A DNA stretch of 64,000 nucleotides, from NCBI GenBank assembly GCA_964443625.1, contig CAYUDM010000001.1, positions 80,705 through 144,704 on the forward strand, in the 5' to 3' direction. Position 1 is the stretch's first letter, and every line of letters begins with the position of its first letter. A program made the translations under genes and the position numbers. The DNA is from an uncultured Smithella sp. (lineage in GTDB: Bacteria; Desulfobacterota; Syntrophia; Syntrophales; Smithellaceae). The notes under the pieces are model-generated. The model did not search any database. It was not told the DNA's origin and worked only from the letters and a program-made list of their open reading frames with translations. Positions 8,357 through 18,229 of the stretch are shown here, one piece after another.

Positions 8357-9614
8357 GGAGCGCCCCCTCCCCGTCGTAACGGCCGAAAACCACCGTCGTG
8401 TTGTTTCCGCCAAACGCGAAAGAATTTGACAACGCCGCACGCAGAGATTTGTCCCGGGCGCCGTCGGTAACATAGTCCAAATCGCATTCGGGGTCCGGCT
8501 CGGTGGAGGAAATCGTCGGCGGCACAAAGCCACAAGACAAGGCGATCAAACAGACCACCCCTTCCAGCGCGCCTGCGGCCCCCAGGGTATGGGCATGCAT
8601 GGATTTGGTGGAACTGACCGGAATCGAATAGGCGCGCGCGCCGAAAACTTCCTTGATGGCCTTAGTCTCCATCACATCATTGACCGGCGTGGCCGTGCCG
8701 TGCGCATTGATATAGTCGATGTCTTCCGGCCTAAGGCCGCTTGAGGCCAGGGCCGCCCGCATCGCGCGCACCGCGCCTGAGGCCTTTTCATCCGGCGCGG
8801 TCATATGGAAAGAATCGCAGGTCACACCGTAGCCTAAAATTTCGCCATAGATCTTCGCGCCACGCCGACGGGCCGCATCCAGCGTTTCCATCACGACCAT
8901 CGCCGAGGCTTCTCCCAGGGACAGCCCGGCCCGGTTTTTGTCGAAGGGACGGCAGACGCCTTCATCGACGGATTTGAGCGCGTTGAAGGCCGCATAGGTG
9001 ATCCGGCACATGGGTTCGACACCACCTGCAATCATTCGTTCGGCCTGGCCGCCGACGATCATGTCACGGGCAAATCCCAAGGCGGTCGCGCCCGCTGAAC
9101 AGGCGGTCATAAAAGTTGTCTTCGGCCCGTACAGACCAAATGATGAGGCGATCCGGTCGGCCGACGAGGCGCAATAGATGGCCGAAAGCTTCGAAAAGTG
9201 CGCCCTTGCGGATCCTTTCGCCAGCAGATCGGCGTAGAAGTCTTCCGCTTCCAGAAGCCCCCCGGAGCCGCCGCCGACGACCACACCCGTATCGCCGCAA
9301 AGAGATTCCGGAAAGGGATAGAGGCCGGCGTCGGAAAGCGCCTCAACTGTGGCAGCCATTGCCATTGCATCCGCCCGCGACAGTCTTTTGTGTGAAAATT
9401 CACGAGGAATATGCTCTCGGGGGTTCAAATTCTTAATCTGTCCACCCAGGTGTGTGCGAAAGGCAGCCGTGTCGAAAAGGTCAATCGGCTCGATACCGCA
9501 CACGCCCCGCTTCAAATTTTGTGCAAATTGTCCAGCCGAGCGGGCAATCGCGTTGAGCGTCCCCAGACCCGTGATAACTATGCGTTTCTTTTCTTCCATT
9601 TCCCTTTTAGCCAC
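8349..9614 (-). CDS. Beta-ketoacyl-ACP synthase II-type KS (FabF-like), first gene of the operon
   Basis: 421 aa. It has the intact catalytic triad context: FMTACSAGATALG (Cys), HMTAPD and NAHGTATP (His), and KSMHAHTLGAAG. Confidence 0.9.
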   Translation of the reverse strand: MAKREMEEKKRIVITGLGTLNAIARSAGQFAQNLKRGVCGIEPIDLFDTAAFRTHLGGQIKNLNPREHIPREFSHKRLSRADAMAMAATVEALSDAGLYPFPESLCGDTGVVVGGGSGGLLEAEDFYADLLAKGSARAHFSKLSAIYCASSADRIASSFGLYGPKTTFMTACSAGATALGFARDMIVGGQAERMIAGGVEPMCRITYAAFNALKSVDEGVCRPFDKNRAGLSLGEASAMVVMETLDAARRRGAKIYGEILGYGVTCDSFHMTAPDEKASGAVRAMRAALASSGLRPEDIDYINAHGTATPVNDVMETKAIKEVFGARAYSIPVSSTKSMHAHTLGAAGALEGVVCLIALSCGFVPPTISSTEPDPECDLDYVTDGARDKSLRAALSNSFAFGGNNTTVVFGRYDGEGALHA

Positions 9615-9748
9615 TGTCGCTTAAGCTTCGCTCAAATTTTGCCGAAACTTAAAATTATGAGGGGAAAAAGTCAAATGAATATTCCACGTTCAGCAAGCAG
9701 CGCCCATGGTTAACAACAACAGCGTTCCGAAACAAAACGAATAACCGT

Positions 9749-9777
9749 TTGACAGCCTCAAGGTGTCTTTCTATACT
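9749..9777 (+). promoter_or_regulatory. Sigma-70-type promoter for the hybrid kinase gene
   Basis: TTGACA (9749-9754), a 17-nt spacer, then TATACT (9772-9777). It overlaps the track's GTG start at 9763, which argues that the real start codon is downstream at ATG 9832. Confidence 0.55.
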
Positions 9778-9831
9778 GGAGCTCAAAGCTCGGAAAATGA
9801 CTTTGGAAAGGACAGTCAGGTAAAATACGAT

Positions 9832-12800
9832 ATGCCGTCTTATAAAAAACAGATGGTCTTCCTCATTTTGAGCTTTTTGGTCTGCCTGATCTTCATTGTC
9901 TCGTTGTTGCGGGAAATGCAGTCGCAGGCCGTCGATGTGCTAAATTCGCGCCAGAGGGTCTATGCCAAGCTGACGGCAAAAAATATATCCGATTTCTTCA
10001 CCCACCAGATGGCTGTCCTGAACCATCTGGCCCAAACCGACGAGATCATCCGCCTGGACGCCAAAGGCAAAGCGATTCTTCAGTCTTTCCAGGCAACCGG
10101 AAATAAATACATCACCGGCGTCTCCCGTGTGGACGCCCGTGGTAAACTTCTTTTTACCTGGCCGGATGTCCAGGGCGTTTCAGGCCGGGACATTTCAAAT
10201 CAGCCGCATGTCCAGCGGATTTTGCAAACAAAACAAGTGACCATCAGCGACCCCTTCACCGCCGTGCAAGGATACGAGGGCATCGCCCTGCACGCGCCTG
10301 TCTGGCGCGGCCAGCGATTCGACGGAACGGTCGCTTTTTTGATTTCGTTTGCCGATCTGGCCCGGGAGCATCTGGGCAGCCTGTTTATTCCAAACCAACG
10401 CTATACGCTTCTGATCACCGCCGATGGAAAAATCCTTCAATGCAACAACCCGGTTCACAAAGGAACGTCTGCCACGGATCTGTACCGGAGCAATCTTGAA
10501 GCGCTGGCAATGATTGATGCGATGACGGCCGGAAAAGAAGGAAGTGCGTCTTTCGTGGAACGCCAGGCCGGCGATGACTTCAACGGCCGGCGCGTTTACG
10601 CCGTTTATATACCGATTCAAGTGGGAGACAGGCACTGGGCGCTGGCGGTCGTCTCTTCTGACGATATGCTGATGCCCTCGAGCATGGGTCTGAAAAACCG
10701 TATTCTGATTCTGTCCGCCATTCTCCTTTTGATCTTTGCCGCCATCGCTTACATGGCGGCGCGCATCCGGACCGCAGCTCAGGAAGCGCAGAAGCGCTGG
10801 CAAATCGAAGAAAGTCTGCTGGTCTCAGCCCGGGAAATTCACGACCTTTACCACAACGCCCCCTGCGGCTACCATTCGCTGGACTCGCAGGGGCGGATCG
10901 TTCGCGTCAATGACACGGAACTGACCTGGCTCGGGTACACCCGGAAAGAACTCGAAGGCAAATCCTACGTCGATCTTCTATCGCCGGAAAGCCAAAAGCG
11001 GTTTACCGAAGCCTTTGATCGGGTCAAGCTTTGCAATCTGGCGCGTGACATTGAATACGACATGATCCGCAAGGACGAATCAACCTTCCCGGTTTTAGTG
11101 ACGGCGTCGGCTGTGCTGGACCCGGACGGCCGGTTTCTCATGACGCGGTCCATGGTGATGGACATTACGGAACGCCGACGACAGGAAGAACAATTGCGGG
11201 AAAGCGAAACGCTCTACCGCACCGCCATGGAGACAACCAGTGACGGCATTACCATCACCCAAAACCGCAAGTATGTCTATGCCAACAAGAAGCTCATGGA
11301 AACGATCGGCCGGCCGGATGAAGAGCTGACCGGAAAAACCGCCGGCGTTTACATTCACGCCGATGACCGGAAATTTCTGGAAGAAAATTTCGCGGCCGTT
11401 TCGCGCGGCCTTCCCATGCCGAACCCGACCTACGACATCCGTGTGGTCAAACCGGACGGTTCAGTCGTTTATGTAAGCGTCATCAACGTGCCGATCACCT
11501 ACCACGGAAAGCCGGCAACGCTGGCTTTCATCAAAGATGTCACCTTACAGAAGCAATACGAAGCGGCCCTTCAGGAAAGCGAAAAGCTCTACCGCACTGC
11601 GCTGGAAGCCACCAGCGACGGCGTCACCATCGTCCAGAACGGCATCTATGCGTACGTCAATCAAAAGTTTCTCGATACGATGGGTGTCGAGCGCGAGGTC
11701 ATTATCGATCAACCGCTGGGCATTCTGGCTGGACCTGAGGCACAGGATGGATTGAGGGCCTTTTTAAAAAGACACCCTCAGGCGGACTCCGCTGCCGATA
11801 TTAATCTCACCCGGGTCCAAAAAACGGATGGCTCATTTATTTATTTTCAGTCTTCCTCGGTGGATATCATCTATCGGGGGAAACCGGCTATCTTGACCTT
11901 CATCAAGGACATCACCGAAAGCAAAAAAGCGGAGCAGGCGCTGCGCGAAAGCGAAACGCTCTACCGCACCGCGCTGGAAACCACCAGCGACGGCGTCTCT
12001 ATTATCCAGGATGGCAAATACGTCTATCACAACCAACGCCTGCTCAATACGCTGGGCCGCCCCGGGGAAAGCCTGATCGGCCGGCCGGTGGGCCAGTTGG
12101 TCCACGGGGAGGACTGGGCGAAGGTTTTGCAGTCATACGCCAACCGCAAACCGGGAGATCCCCTGCCCGCCAATATCGAACAGCGGGTGACGCGTCCGGA
12201 CGGATCAATCATTTACATTTCCAGCAATTCCGCCAAAGTGATTTATCGGGGCCGGCCCGCCATCTTGAGTTTTCTGGTGGATGTCACCAAACGCAAGGAG
12301 GCGGAAAACGCTCTGCGCGAAAGCGAAACGCTCTACCGCACCGCGCTGGAAACCACCAGCGACGGCATCTTGATCAGCGATGTTGCGGAGGCAAAGTATC
12401 TGTACATCAATCAGAAACTACTCGACACGCTGGGCCGGCCCCATGAGAACCTCATCGGGGCCCCTATCGATCTATACATACACCCCGACGATGTCGGACT
12501 GGGGAAAAAGTACTTTCTGGAAAGAAAAAGAGAAGGCAAGAAAGCTTCGTATTATGAATCACGCCTCATTAAACCCGACGGCGACATTTCACTGATCAGC
12601 ATCACGTCAACCGACATCATCTTTCAGGGCCGCAAAGCCGTCATCAGTTTTGTTCAGGACATCACCGAAAAGAAAAGGCAGGAACAGGCACTACGGGAAA
12701 GTGAAGAACTTTACCGAACCGCCCTGGAGAAATCCAACGACGGCATATCCATCATCCAGGACGGCAAGTACGTCTATGCCAATCCGAAATTGCTCAAAAC

Positions 12801-14589
12801 GATCGGCCGGGAAGAGGAGGGCATTGTCGGTCTGCCCCTGGGCTTTTATACGCATCCGGATGATCGGGAAAAAGTCCGAGCGTATTATGAAGCACGCCAG
12901 AAAGGCGAACCCGTGCCGCAAAGTTACGACATGCGCGTCGTTAAACCGGACGGCAGCGTCATTATCATCAACATTACCGCCATCAAAATCTCCTATCAGG
13001 GCCGTCCCGCCACCATGTCGTTCATTCTGGACATCACTGAACGCAAAAAAGCGGAAGAGGCGCTTCGTCGTAGCGAGGAACGCTATCGGACGATCATCGA
13101 GAGCATTGACGATGATTACTTCGAAACAGATCTCAAAGGCAGGATCACCTTTTTCAACAAACCGACCGGCTGGTCGGGACACAAGCGCACCGAGCTGGTG
13201 GGTCGGCAGCATACCGAATACACCTCTCCCCAAATGGCCAAGAAAGTCGAAACCATTTTCAACAAGATCTATCGCGACGGCAAACCGGCCCGAATCACCG
13301 ATTATGAGGTTATTCGCCCCGACGGCCACCTGGTCTATCTCGAAATGTCCGTCTCTCTGATGCGTGATGCCGATGGCAAGCCGATCGGTTTTCGAGGGAT
13401 CTCCCGCGATGTGACCGAACAAAAGAAAATGGAGGAGGAACGGAGCAAGCTCACTGAGCAGCTCCATCAGGCGCAAAAAATGGAAGCGATCGGCACGCTC
13501 GCCGGCGGCATCGCGCACGACTTTAACAATTTACTGATGGGCATCCAAGGCTACACATCGCTTATGTTGCTGGATATGACTGAAGCTCATCCCTTTACCG
13601 ACCAGCTCAAAGCCGTTCAGACCCTCGTTCAGAGCGGCGCGACGCTGACTAAACAGCTTTTGGGATTCGCCCGCGCCGGGCGCTATGAAGTGGCGCCGAC
13701 CGATCTCAACGCGCTGATCGCCAAAGCGATCGCCCTTTTTGCCCGCACCCGCAAGGAAATCCGGATTTTTGAAAAGTACGATCCCCACCTGCGGCCGGCG
13801 GATGTCGACCGCGGACAGATCGATCAGGTTCTGCTCAACATTTTCGTCAATGCCTGGCAGGCCATGCCCGCCGGTGGTTCCTTATACGTGGAAACGCAAA
13901 ACAAAACACTGGATGACACATCGGCAAATCATCTCAACCTTCCGGCCGGCACGTATGTGCAGATTTCCATTACGGACAACGGCATCGGAATGGACGATAA
14001 AACGCTCCAGAGAATTTTCGATCCCTTTTTTACAACCAAGGAAATGGGACGCGGCACGGGTCTGGGTCTGGCCTCCGCTTACGGCATTATCAAAGGACAT
14101 GGCGGAACCATCAGCGTTTCGAGCGCCACCGGAGAGGGAAGCACGTTCGACATCTACCTTCCCGCCTCATCGTCCACGCCGGAATCCGAACAGACAGACT
14201 CCTCTGAAACGATCGGGGGGCACGAAACCGTTCTTCTGGTTGACGACGAAGAAATTATCACGGACGTTTCCGGCCGGCTGCTTGAAGAGCTGGGATACCG
14301 CGTTTTAGTCGCCCACAGCGGCGATGAAGCGTTGGTCGTTTACAACAACCGGTGCTCGGAAATCGATCTGGTGATCGTCGATATGATCATGCCCGGCATG
14401 AGCGGATCTGAAACCTTCGATCGTCTCAAGGCGATCAATCCGGATGTGCGAGTGATTCTGTCGAGCGGTTACAGCGTGGATGGCAAGGCTCAGGCAATTT
14501 TAGATCGCGGTGTGAGGGTTTTCCTGCAAAAGCCCTATCGTCTCGATGACCTGGCGCAGAAAATCCGTGAAGCGTTGGCGGATACATAA
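9832..14589 (+). CDS. Hybrid sensor histidine kinase: TM, Cache-like periplasmic domain, TM, about 7 PAS domains, HisKA, HATPase, receiver
   Basis: The N-terminus has two hydrophobic segments flanking a Cache-like region. Tandem PAS modules repeat around (E/R)[13 protein letters not shown]. The H-box is [17 protein letters not shown], the ATPase boxes are NAWQAM and GTGLGLA, and the C-terminal receiver reads VLLVDDEE...[14 protein letters not shown]. The track ORF begins at GTG 9763; I prefer ATG 9832 ([13 protein letters not shown]...) because of the promoter position. Confidence 0.9.
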   Translation: MPSYKKQMVFLILSFLVCLIFIVSLLREMQSQAVDVLNSRQRVYAKLTAKNISDFFTHQMAVLNHLAQTDEIIRLDAKGKAILQSFQATGNKYITGVSRVDARGKLLFTWPDVQGVSGRDISNQPHVQRILQTKQVTISDPFTAVQGYEGIALHAPVWRGQRFDGTVAFLISFADLAREHLGSLFIPNQRYTLLITADGKILQCNNPVHKGTSATDLYRSNLEALAMIDAMTAGKEGSASFVERQAGDDFNGRRVYAVYIPIQVGDRHWALAVVSSDDMLMPSSMGLKNRILILSAILLLIFAAIAYMAARIRTAAQEAQKRWQIEESLLVSAREIHDLYHNAPCGYHSLDSQGRIVRVNDTELTWLGYTRKELEGKSYVDLLSPESQKRFTEAFDRVKLCNLARDIEYDMIRKDESTFPVLVTASAVLDPDGRFLMTRSMVMDITERRRQEEQLRESETLYRTAMETTSDGITITQNRKYVYANKKLMETIGRPDEELTGKTAGVYIHADDRKFLEENFAAVSRGLPMPNPTYDIRVVKPDGSVVYVSVINVPITYHGKPATLAFIKDVTLQKQYEAALQESEKLYRTALEATSDGVTIVQNGIYAYVNQKFLDTMGVEREVIIDQPLGILAGPEAQDGLRAFLKRHPQADSAADINLTRVQKTDGSFIYFQSSSVDIIYRGKPAILTFIKDITESKKAEQALRESETLYRTALETTSDGVSIIQDGKYVYHNQRLLNTLGRPGESLIGRPVGQLVHGEDWAKVLQSYANRKPGDPLPANIEQRVTRPDGSIIYISSNSAKVIYRGRPAILSFLVDVTKRKEAENALRESETLYRTALETTSDGILISDVAEAKYLYINQKLLDTLGRPHENLIGAPIDLYIHPDDVGLGKKYFLERKREGKKASYYESRLIKPDGDISLISITSTDIIFQGRKAVISFVQDITEKKRQEQALRESEELYRTALEKSNDGISIIQDGKYVYANPKLLKTIGREEEGIVGLPLGFYTHPDDREKVRAYYEARQKGEPVPQSYDMRVVKPDGSVIIINITAIKISYQGRPATMSFILDITERKKAEEALRRSEERYRTIIESIDDDYFETDLKGRITFFNKPTGWSGHKRTELVGRQHTEYTSPQMAKKVETIFNKIYRDGKPARITDYEVIRPDGHLVYLEMSVSLMRDADGKPIGFRGISRDVTEQKKMEEERSKLTEQLHQAQKMEAIGTLAGGIAHDFNNLLMGIQGYTSLMLLDMTEAHPFTDQLKAVQTLVQSGATLTKQLLGFARAGRYEVAPTDLNALIAKAIALFARTRKEIRIFEKYDPHLRPADVDRGQIDQVLLNIFVNAWQAMPAGGSLYVETQNKTLDDTSANHLNLPAGTYVQISITDNGIGMDDKTLQRIFDPFFTTKEMGRGTGLGLASAYGIIKGHGGTISVSSATGEGSTFDIYLPASSSTPESEQTDSSETIGGHETVLLVDDEEIITDVSGRLLEELGYRVLVAHSGDEALVVYNNRCSEIDLVIVDMIMPGMSGSETFDRLKAINPDVRVILSSGYSVDGKAQAILDRGVRVFLQKPYRLDDLAQKIREALADT
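11200..13440 (+). repeat. Tandem array of six roughly 372-378-nt PAS-module repeats inside the kinase gene
   Basis: The repeat anchor GAAAG(C/T)GA(A/G)... (ESE.LYRTA) recurs at 11200, 11575, 11947, 12319 and 12697, with a more diverged sixth copy (RSEERYRT) near 13068. An exact 54-nt duplicate occurs at 11941-11994 and 12313-12366. Confidence 0.9.
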
Positions 14590-14634
14590 TGCTGAAAGGA
14601 CCGCGCTCCGTAAGACAAAGACCTGGCGGGCGCG

Positions 14635-14943
14635 TCAACGCCGGTATTTTTTAAAACCGAACCAAACCCAAACGCCTCCCCAGAAAACAAGCGCAGGAGC
14701 CGGTCCGATACAAAGATACCAGAACAGTCCGTCTTCCCAGGGCCGCAGAAAAACGGCCGTTGCCGCCAGCCACACCAGCGTAATCATGATCGACAAGCGA
14801 ATCCAGCCCCACAAAGGCGACCACAGCAACCGGCGGCGAGGCGCAGCGGCCGGTTGCTGCCGAGTGCGCCCCAGCCATCTCGGAAGAAAAAATATCGCAA
14901 CGGCGATCGCCGCAACCACTAAAATTTCCTGCATCGCAAGCAC
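14635..14943 (-). CDS. Small Trp-rich integral membrane protein, function unknown
   Basis: 102 aa with three hydrophobic segments (ILVVAAIAVAIFFL, IRLSIMITLVWLAATAVFL, ALVFWGGVWVWFGF). It is convergent with the kinase gene. I recognise no family. Confidence 0.45.
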   Translation of the reverse strand: MLAMQEILVVAAIAVAIFFLPRWLGRTRQQPAAAPRRRLLWSPLWGWIRLSIMITLVWLAATAVFLRPWEDGLFWYLCIGPAPALVFWGGVWVWFGFKKYRR

Positions 14944-15182
14944 CTTATCTTTCGGCCTGTTTCCGTTTCGGCAAATGTTTGCAACCCACCGATACGCGGC
15001 CTATAACACAAGACGCGATAAAATCATACGCTGGAAGAAGCCGAAACTCTGACGATTGACAACCACCCACCGAATCTGCTAGGGATGCCGCATCGATGAA
15101 ACAGTTGCAAAATCAAATGAAATAAACGGCATCGTCAGCCCCTGCCGCCGCAATCCGGAACAGTTATCGAAATAGAAATCTT

Positions 15183-15881
15183 ATGACTTTAACAAATCAT
15201 CGGGCACTCATCAGACTTCTCACCCGACTTCGGGACTCCCGGCACGTGTGGAACACCATGGGCTCTGTGTATAATAAACGGATTCAAGTCGCCATCGCCG
15301 GCCTCTATGAGCGGGTTGCCCGGGAAGTTCCGGTCGCCGGCCTTTCACTGATTCTCGACGCCGGCTCCGGTCGCGGCTACATTTCTTTGCGCCTGGCGGC
15401 AAACAACCGCCAGTCGATGATCACGGGTGTGGACTTCGCATCCCGACAGGTGGCCTCGGCCGAAAAGCTCCGCCGGGAAAAAAATATTCCCAATTGCGCC
15501 TTCATACGGGGCAATGTGATGAACCTGCCGTTTCAGGAGTCGCACTTCGACGCGGCCGTAAGCGTCGGGTCCATTAAACACTGGCCCGACGGCGTCGGAG
15601 GCCTCAGGGAAATTCATCGGGTTCTCAAGCCGGGCGCGACACTCGTTATCGCAGAGACGGATCAGGCCGCATCCGAAGCGGACCTGCGCCGCTTCATCGA
15701 ACGCTTCAAAATCTGGTTTATCCCCGACAGGCTGCTTCTTTGGGGACTCAAACACGTCGTCTTCGGACAAAGCTATTCGCAAGAAACGCTGGCCCGCAGC
15801 GTCGAGCAGGCGGATTTCCGCAACATCGAATGTCTGCGTGCCGCGGATTGCCCCTATGTCATCGTCAAAGCCCTGAAGTAA
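15183..15881 (+). CDS. Class I SAM-dependent methyltransferase
   Basis: 232 aa. Motif I is ILDAGSGRGY, with an acidic post-I residue in TGVDFA and a Methyltransf_11-like layout. Confidence 0.8.
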   Translation: MTLTNHRALIRLLTRLRDSRHVWNTMGSVYNKRIQVAIAGLYERVAREVPVAGLSLILDAGSGRGYISLRLAANNRQSMITGVDFASRQVASAEKLRREKNIPNCAFIRGNVMNLPFQESHFDAAVSVGSIKHWPDGVGGLREIHRVLKPGATLVIAETDQAASEADLRRFIERFKIWFIPDRLLLWGLKHVVFGQSYSQETLARSVEQADFRNIECLRAADCPYVIVKALK

Positions 15882-15951
15882 AGCTCCGCAGGCAAAAGCG
15901 TTACACCGAATAAATAAAGAAGATGACATCCTTTTCATGCTGACCGGAATC

Positions 15952-17985
15952 TTATTTCAGCCCGTATAATCGCATTCTCCGATACAGCGTCGCGCGCGAG
16001 ATATTGAGTTTCGCGGCAATACGGTTCTTGCGCATTTTCCGCCCAAGCATTTCGGCGATCATGTGTTTCTGGGCATCCTCGTCTTCCGGATCGTCTGCGC
16101 TTTCTGCGGTGCGGATGTCGGCCGGCCGAGGAGATCGGATGTGCTCCGGCACCAGATCCACCGTTAATTCGGATGAGGAGAGGAAATTGATCATCCTTTC
16201 GATGGCGTTTTGCAACTCCCGAACGTTGCCCGGCCAGCGATAACTCATGAAGGCATCGATCACTTTTTTGTCCACCCGGACAATCCGCTTTTTCATGGTA
16301 CTGGCATTGCGCTTGATGAAATGATCCGCAAGAAGCGGAATGTCGTCCATCCGGTCGGAAAGCGGAATCATTTCGATGGCAAACACATTGGCACGGTAAT
16401 AGAGATCTTCGCGGAAATTTCCTTTGCGGACCTCCTCGCGCAAATCCTTGTTGGTCGCGGCGATGATGCGGACGTCTACCGGCCGCACACGCGTGCCCCC
16501 GATGCGTAAGACGGACTTGTCTTCGATGACGCGCAACAGCGCCGTTTGTAATTCAAGAGGTGTCTCGGCGATTTCGTCCAGAAAAAGCGTGCCGCCGTCA
16601 GCCAGTTCAAATTTCCCCTGATTCCCGCCGCGGCGGGACCCGGTAAAGGCGCCCTCTTCATGTCCGAACAATTCACTGGCAATCAACTCGCGAGGAATGG
16701 CGCCGCAGTTGATGGCGACATAAGGACCGTTTCTGCGATCGCTGGCATTATGGATGGCCTGGGCGAAGATATCCTTGCCTGTGCCGCTTTTGCCCAAAAG
16801 CAGAACATTGGAATTACTCTTTGCAACCATCTTCGCCTGATCCACCGTCATCAAAAACCGCGGATTGCGTCCGTGAATGTCTTCAAAACGAAAATTGGCG
16901 GAGGCACCCATCATCTTTGTGACCATCGACTTGGCCCGCTGAATTTCATTGAGGATGATGATCTTGCCCATAACCTGCTCGTCGGGAGACAAGATGGGAT
17001 TGCATGTCAGCGTATAGTCACCGGACGATTTTCTCGTAAAAATCCGGACTTCCGTATCCGTGATGGTTTCATTACTTTCAATCAGCATAAAAAACGGAGC
17101 GTTCTCCGACGGAAGAATGTCCCGCAATCGACGCCCTTCCACTTTGGTATTGACCAGATCAAATTTTCGGCGGGCGATTTCATTGACCAGGGTCGCGCGA
17201 CCATCGGAATCCAATGCGACGAGCGCTTCCTGGATCGAGGAAATCACCGTCTGCTGATAGCTCGCGGCGACCCGGCTTTCCGCCAGAGCCCGGCGGATTT
17301 TAAGCTCGTTTTCTATTGCATTGGCGGCCGACACAACAATGCCCAGTGTATGCGGGTTGGCACGGTAATAGCGACCGAAAATGGTCACGATGCCGATGAA
17401 TTCGCCATCCGCGCCGAAGATCGGCGCTCCGCATCCCGTCGCCCCGTGATACAGGCGGATATATTGCTGGGGGCCGAACACTTGCAAGGGCTTTTTGTAG
17501 AAAGCCACCGAGCCGGCCACGTTGTTTCCGGAATAGGGTTCCGCCCAGCAGGCGCCGACAAATCCTTTGGCTGTGCGGATGAGCTTTTCCTCTTCAGGAT
17601 CGCCCAAAACGACCAGGACATACACATCGCGGTCCAGAAGGCTAAACAGAAAACCGGAGCCTTCCAAAAAGCGGTAGAGATTTTTCATAAACGGCTGGCC
17701 CACATCAATCAATTCTTTGTTTCGGGCCAACAAATCGTCGAGCTCTTTTCCTTCCAATACTTTATTAGCCGGCTTCCCCAGAGGGTCTACACCGAGTCCG
17801 GCACAGCGGACCCAGGACTCGTAGACCTCTTCCGGAATGATGGACATGTCCAGTTTGGGATCACCCGCTGTGAACTTCTTCCATTCCTGATAAGTCTGCT
17901 GATAGAAGCGTTCATAGTAATCCGCGCCCATCAAATTAATGTCACGCAAAAGCCTTCTTTTTTCAGAATTGGATTCCTGTGTCAT
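15952..17985 (-). CDS. Sigma-54-dependent transcriptional activator (sensor GAF/PAS region, AAA+ domain, Fis-type HTH)
   Basis: 677 aa. The Walker A is [26 protein letters not shown] contains the GAFTGA-type sigma-54 contact loop. The C-terminal HTH is [14 protein letters not shown]. Confidence 0.9.
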   Translation of the reverse strand: MTQESNSEKRRLLRDINLMGADYYERFYQQTYQEWKKFTAGDPKLDMSIIPEEVYESWVRCAGLGVDPLGKPANKVLEGKELDDLLARNKELIDVGQPFMKNLYRFLEGSGFLFSLLDRDVYVLVVLGDPEEEKLIRTAKGFVGACWAEPYSGNNVAGSVAFYKKPLQVFGPQQYIRLYHGATGCGAPIFGADGEFIGIVTIFGRYYRANPHTLGIVVSAANAIENELKIRRALAESRVAASYQQTVISSIQEALVALDSDGRATLVNEIARRKFDLVNTKVEGRRLRDILPSENAPFFMLIESNETITDTEVRIFTRKSSGDYTLTCNPILSPDEQVMGKIIILNEIQRAKSMVTKMMGASANFRFEDIHGRNPRFLMTVDQAKMVAKSNSNVLLLGKSGTGKDIFAQAIHNASDRRNGPYVAINCGAIPRELIASELFGHEEGAFTGSRRGGNQGKFELADGGTLFLDEIAETPLELQTALLRVIEDKSVLRIGGTRVRPVDVRIIAATNKDLREEVRKGNFREDLYYRANVFAIEMIPLSDRMDDIPLLADHFIKRNASTMKKRIVRVDKKVIDAFMSYRWPGNVRELQNAIERMINFLSSSELTVDLVPEHIRSPRPADIRTAESADDPEDEDAQKHMIAEMLGRKMRKNRIAAKLNISRATLYRRMRLYGLK

Positions 17986-18011
17986 CGAATGTTGCTCCCT
18001 GAAGCATGATC

Positions 18012-18049
18012 TGTCTCAATAAATGCATCACCAGTGTCTCAGTGAGACA
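18012..18049. promoter_or_regulatory. Candidate enhancer (UAS) sites for the adjacent EBP
   Basis: A perfect palindrome TGTCTCA-g-TGAGACA lies at 18035-18049, with an extra TGTCTCA half-site at 18012-18018. They sit about 85-120 nt upstream of the -24/-12 promoter, which is the usual UAS distance. Confidence 0.4.
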
Positions 18050-18131
18050 TCTATGAAACATATTTTGAAACATAAATCCATAACAAAAAACAAATTCAAA
18101 TATAATTAAGCACTTCCGAAACAAACAAAAG

Positions 18132-18147
18132 TGGCATACTCCATGCT
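18132..18147 (+). promoter_or_regulatory. Sigma-54 (-24/-12) promoter upstream of the acyl-CoA ligase gene
   Basis: TGGCAT-ACTCC-ATGCT has the GG and GC separated by exactly 10 nt, as in the consensus TGGCAC-N5-TTGCW. It lies 83 nt upstream of ATG 18230, divergent from the EBP gene. Confidence 0.6.
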
Positions 18148-18229
18148 GTGCCATCGGGCAGCATCATTCACCGCCTGTTGGACGAGCTATGAGGTCCGAC
18201 ATTGAGTAACGAGGACGAGAAAGGTTTCC

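Noticed and set aside
8357-8533. N-terminal extensions given by the ORF track for several genes
   Set aside because: The affected starts are CLF 8533, thioesterase 2787, murG 59400, ftsW 60200, murC 57886, DGC 45516, THUMP methyltransferase 44246, BNR 39135, arsR 32679 and kinase 9763. In each case the extension overlaps the upstream gene, a terminator or a promoter/operator. A downstream ATG with an RBS, or a stop-start overlap, gives the canonical protein N-terminus.
16660-18009. 449-aa ORF on the plus strand, among the longest non-annotated ORFs in the track
   Set aside because: It lies entirely antisense to the sigma-54 activator gene, whose translation has unmistakable AAA+/HTH motifs. 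The antisense product is low-complexity and Arg/Gly/His-rich with no recognisable motif. It is a typical shadow ORF of GC-rich DNA.
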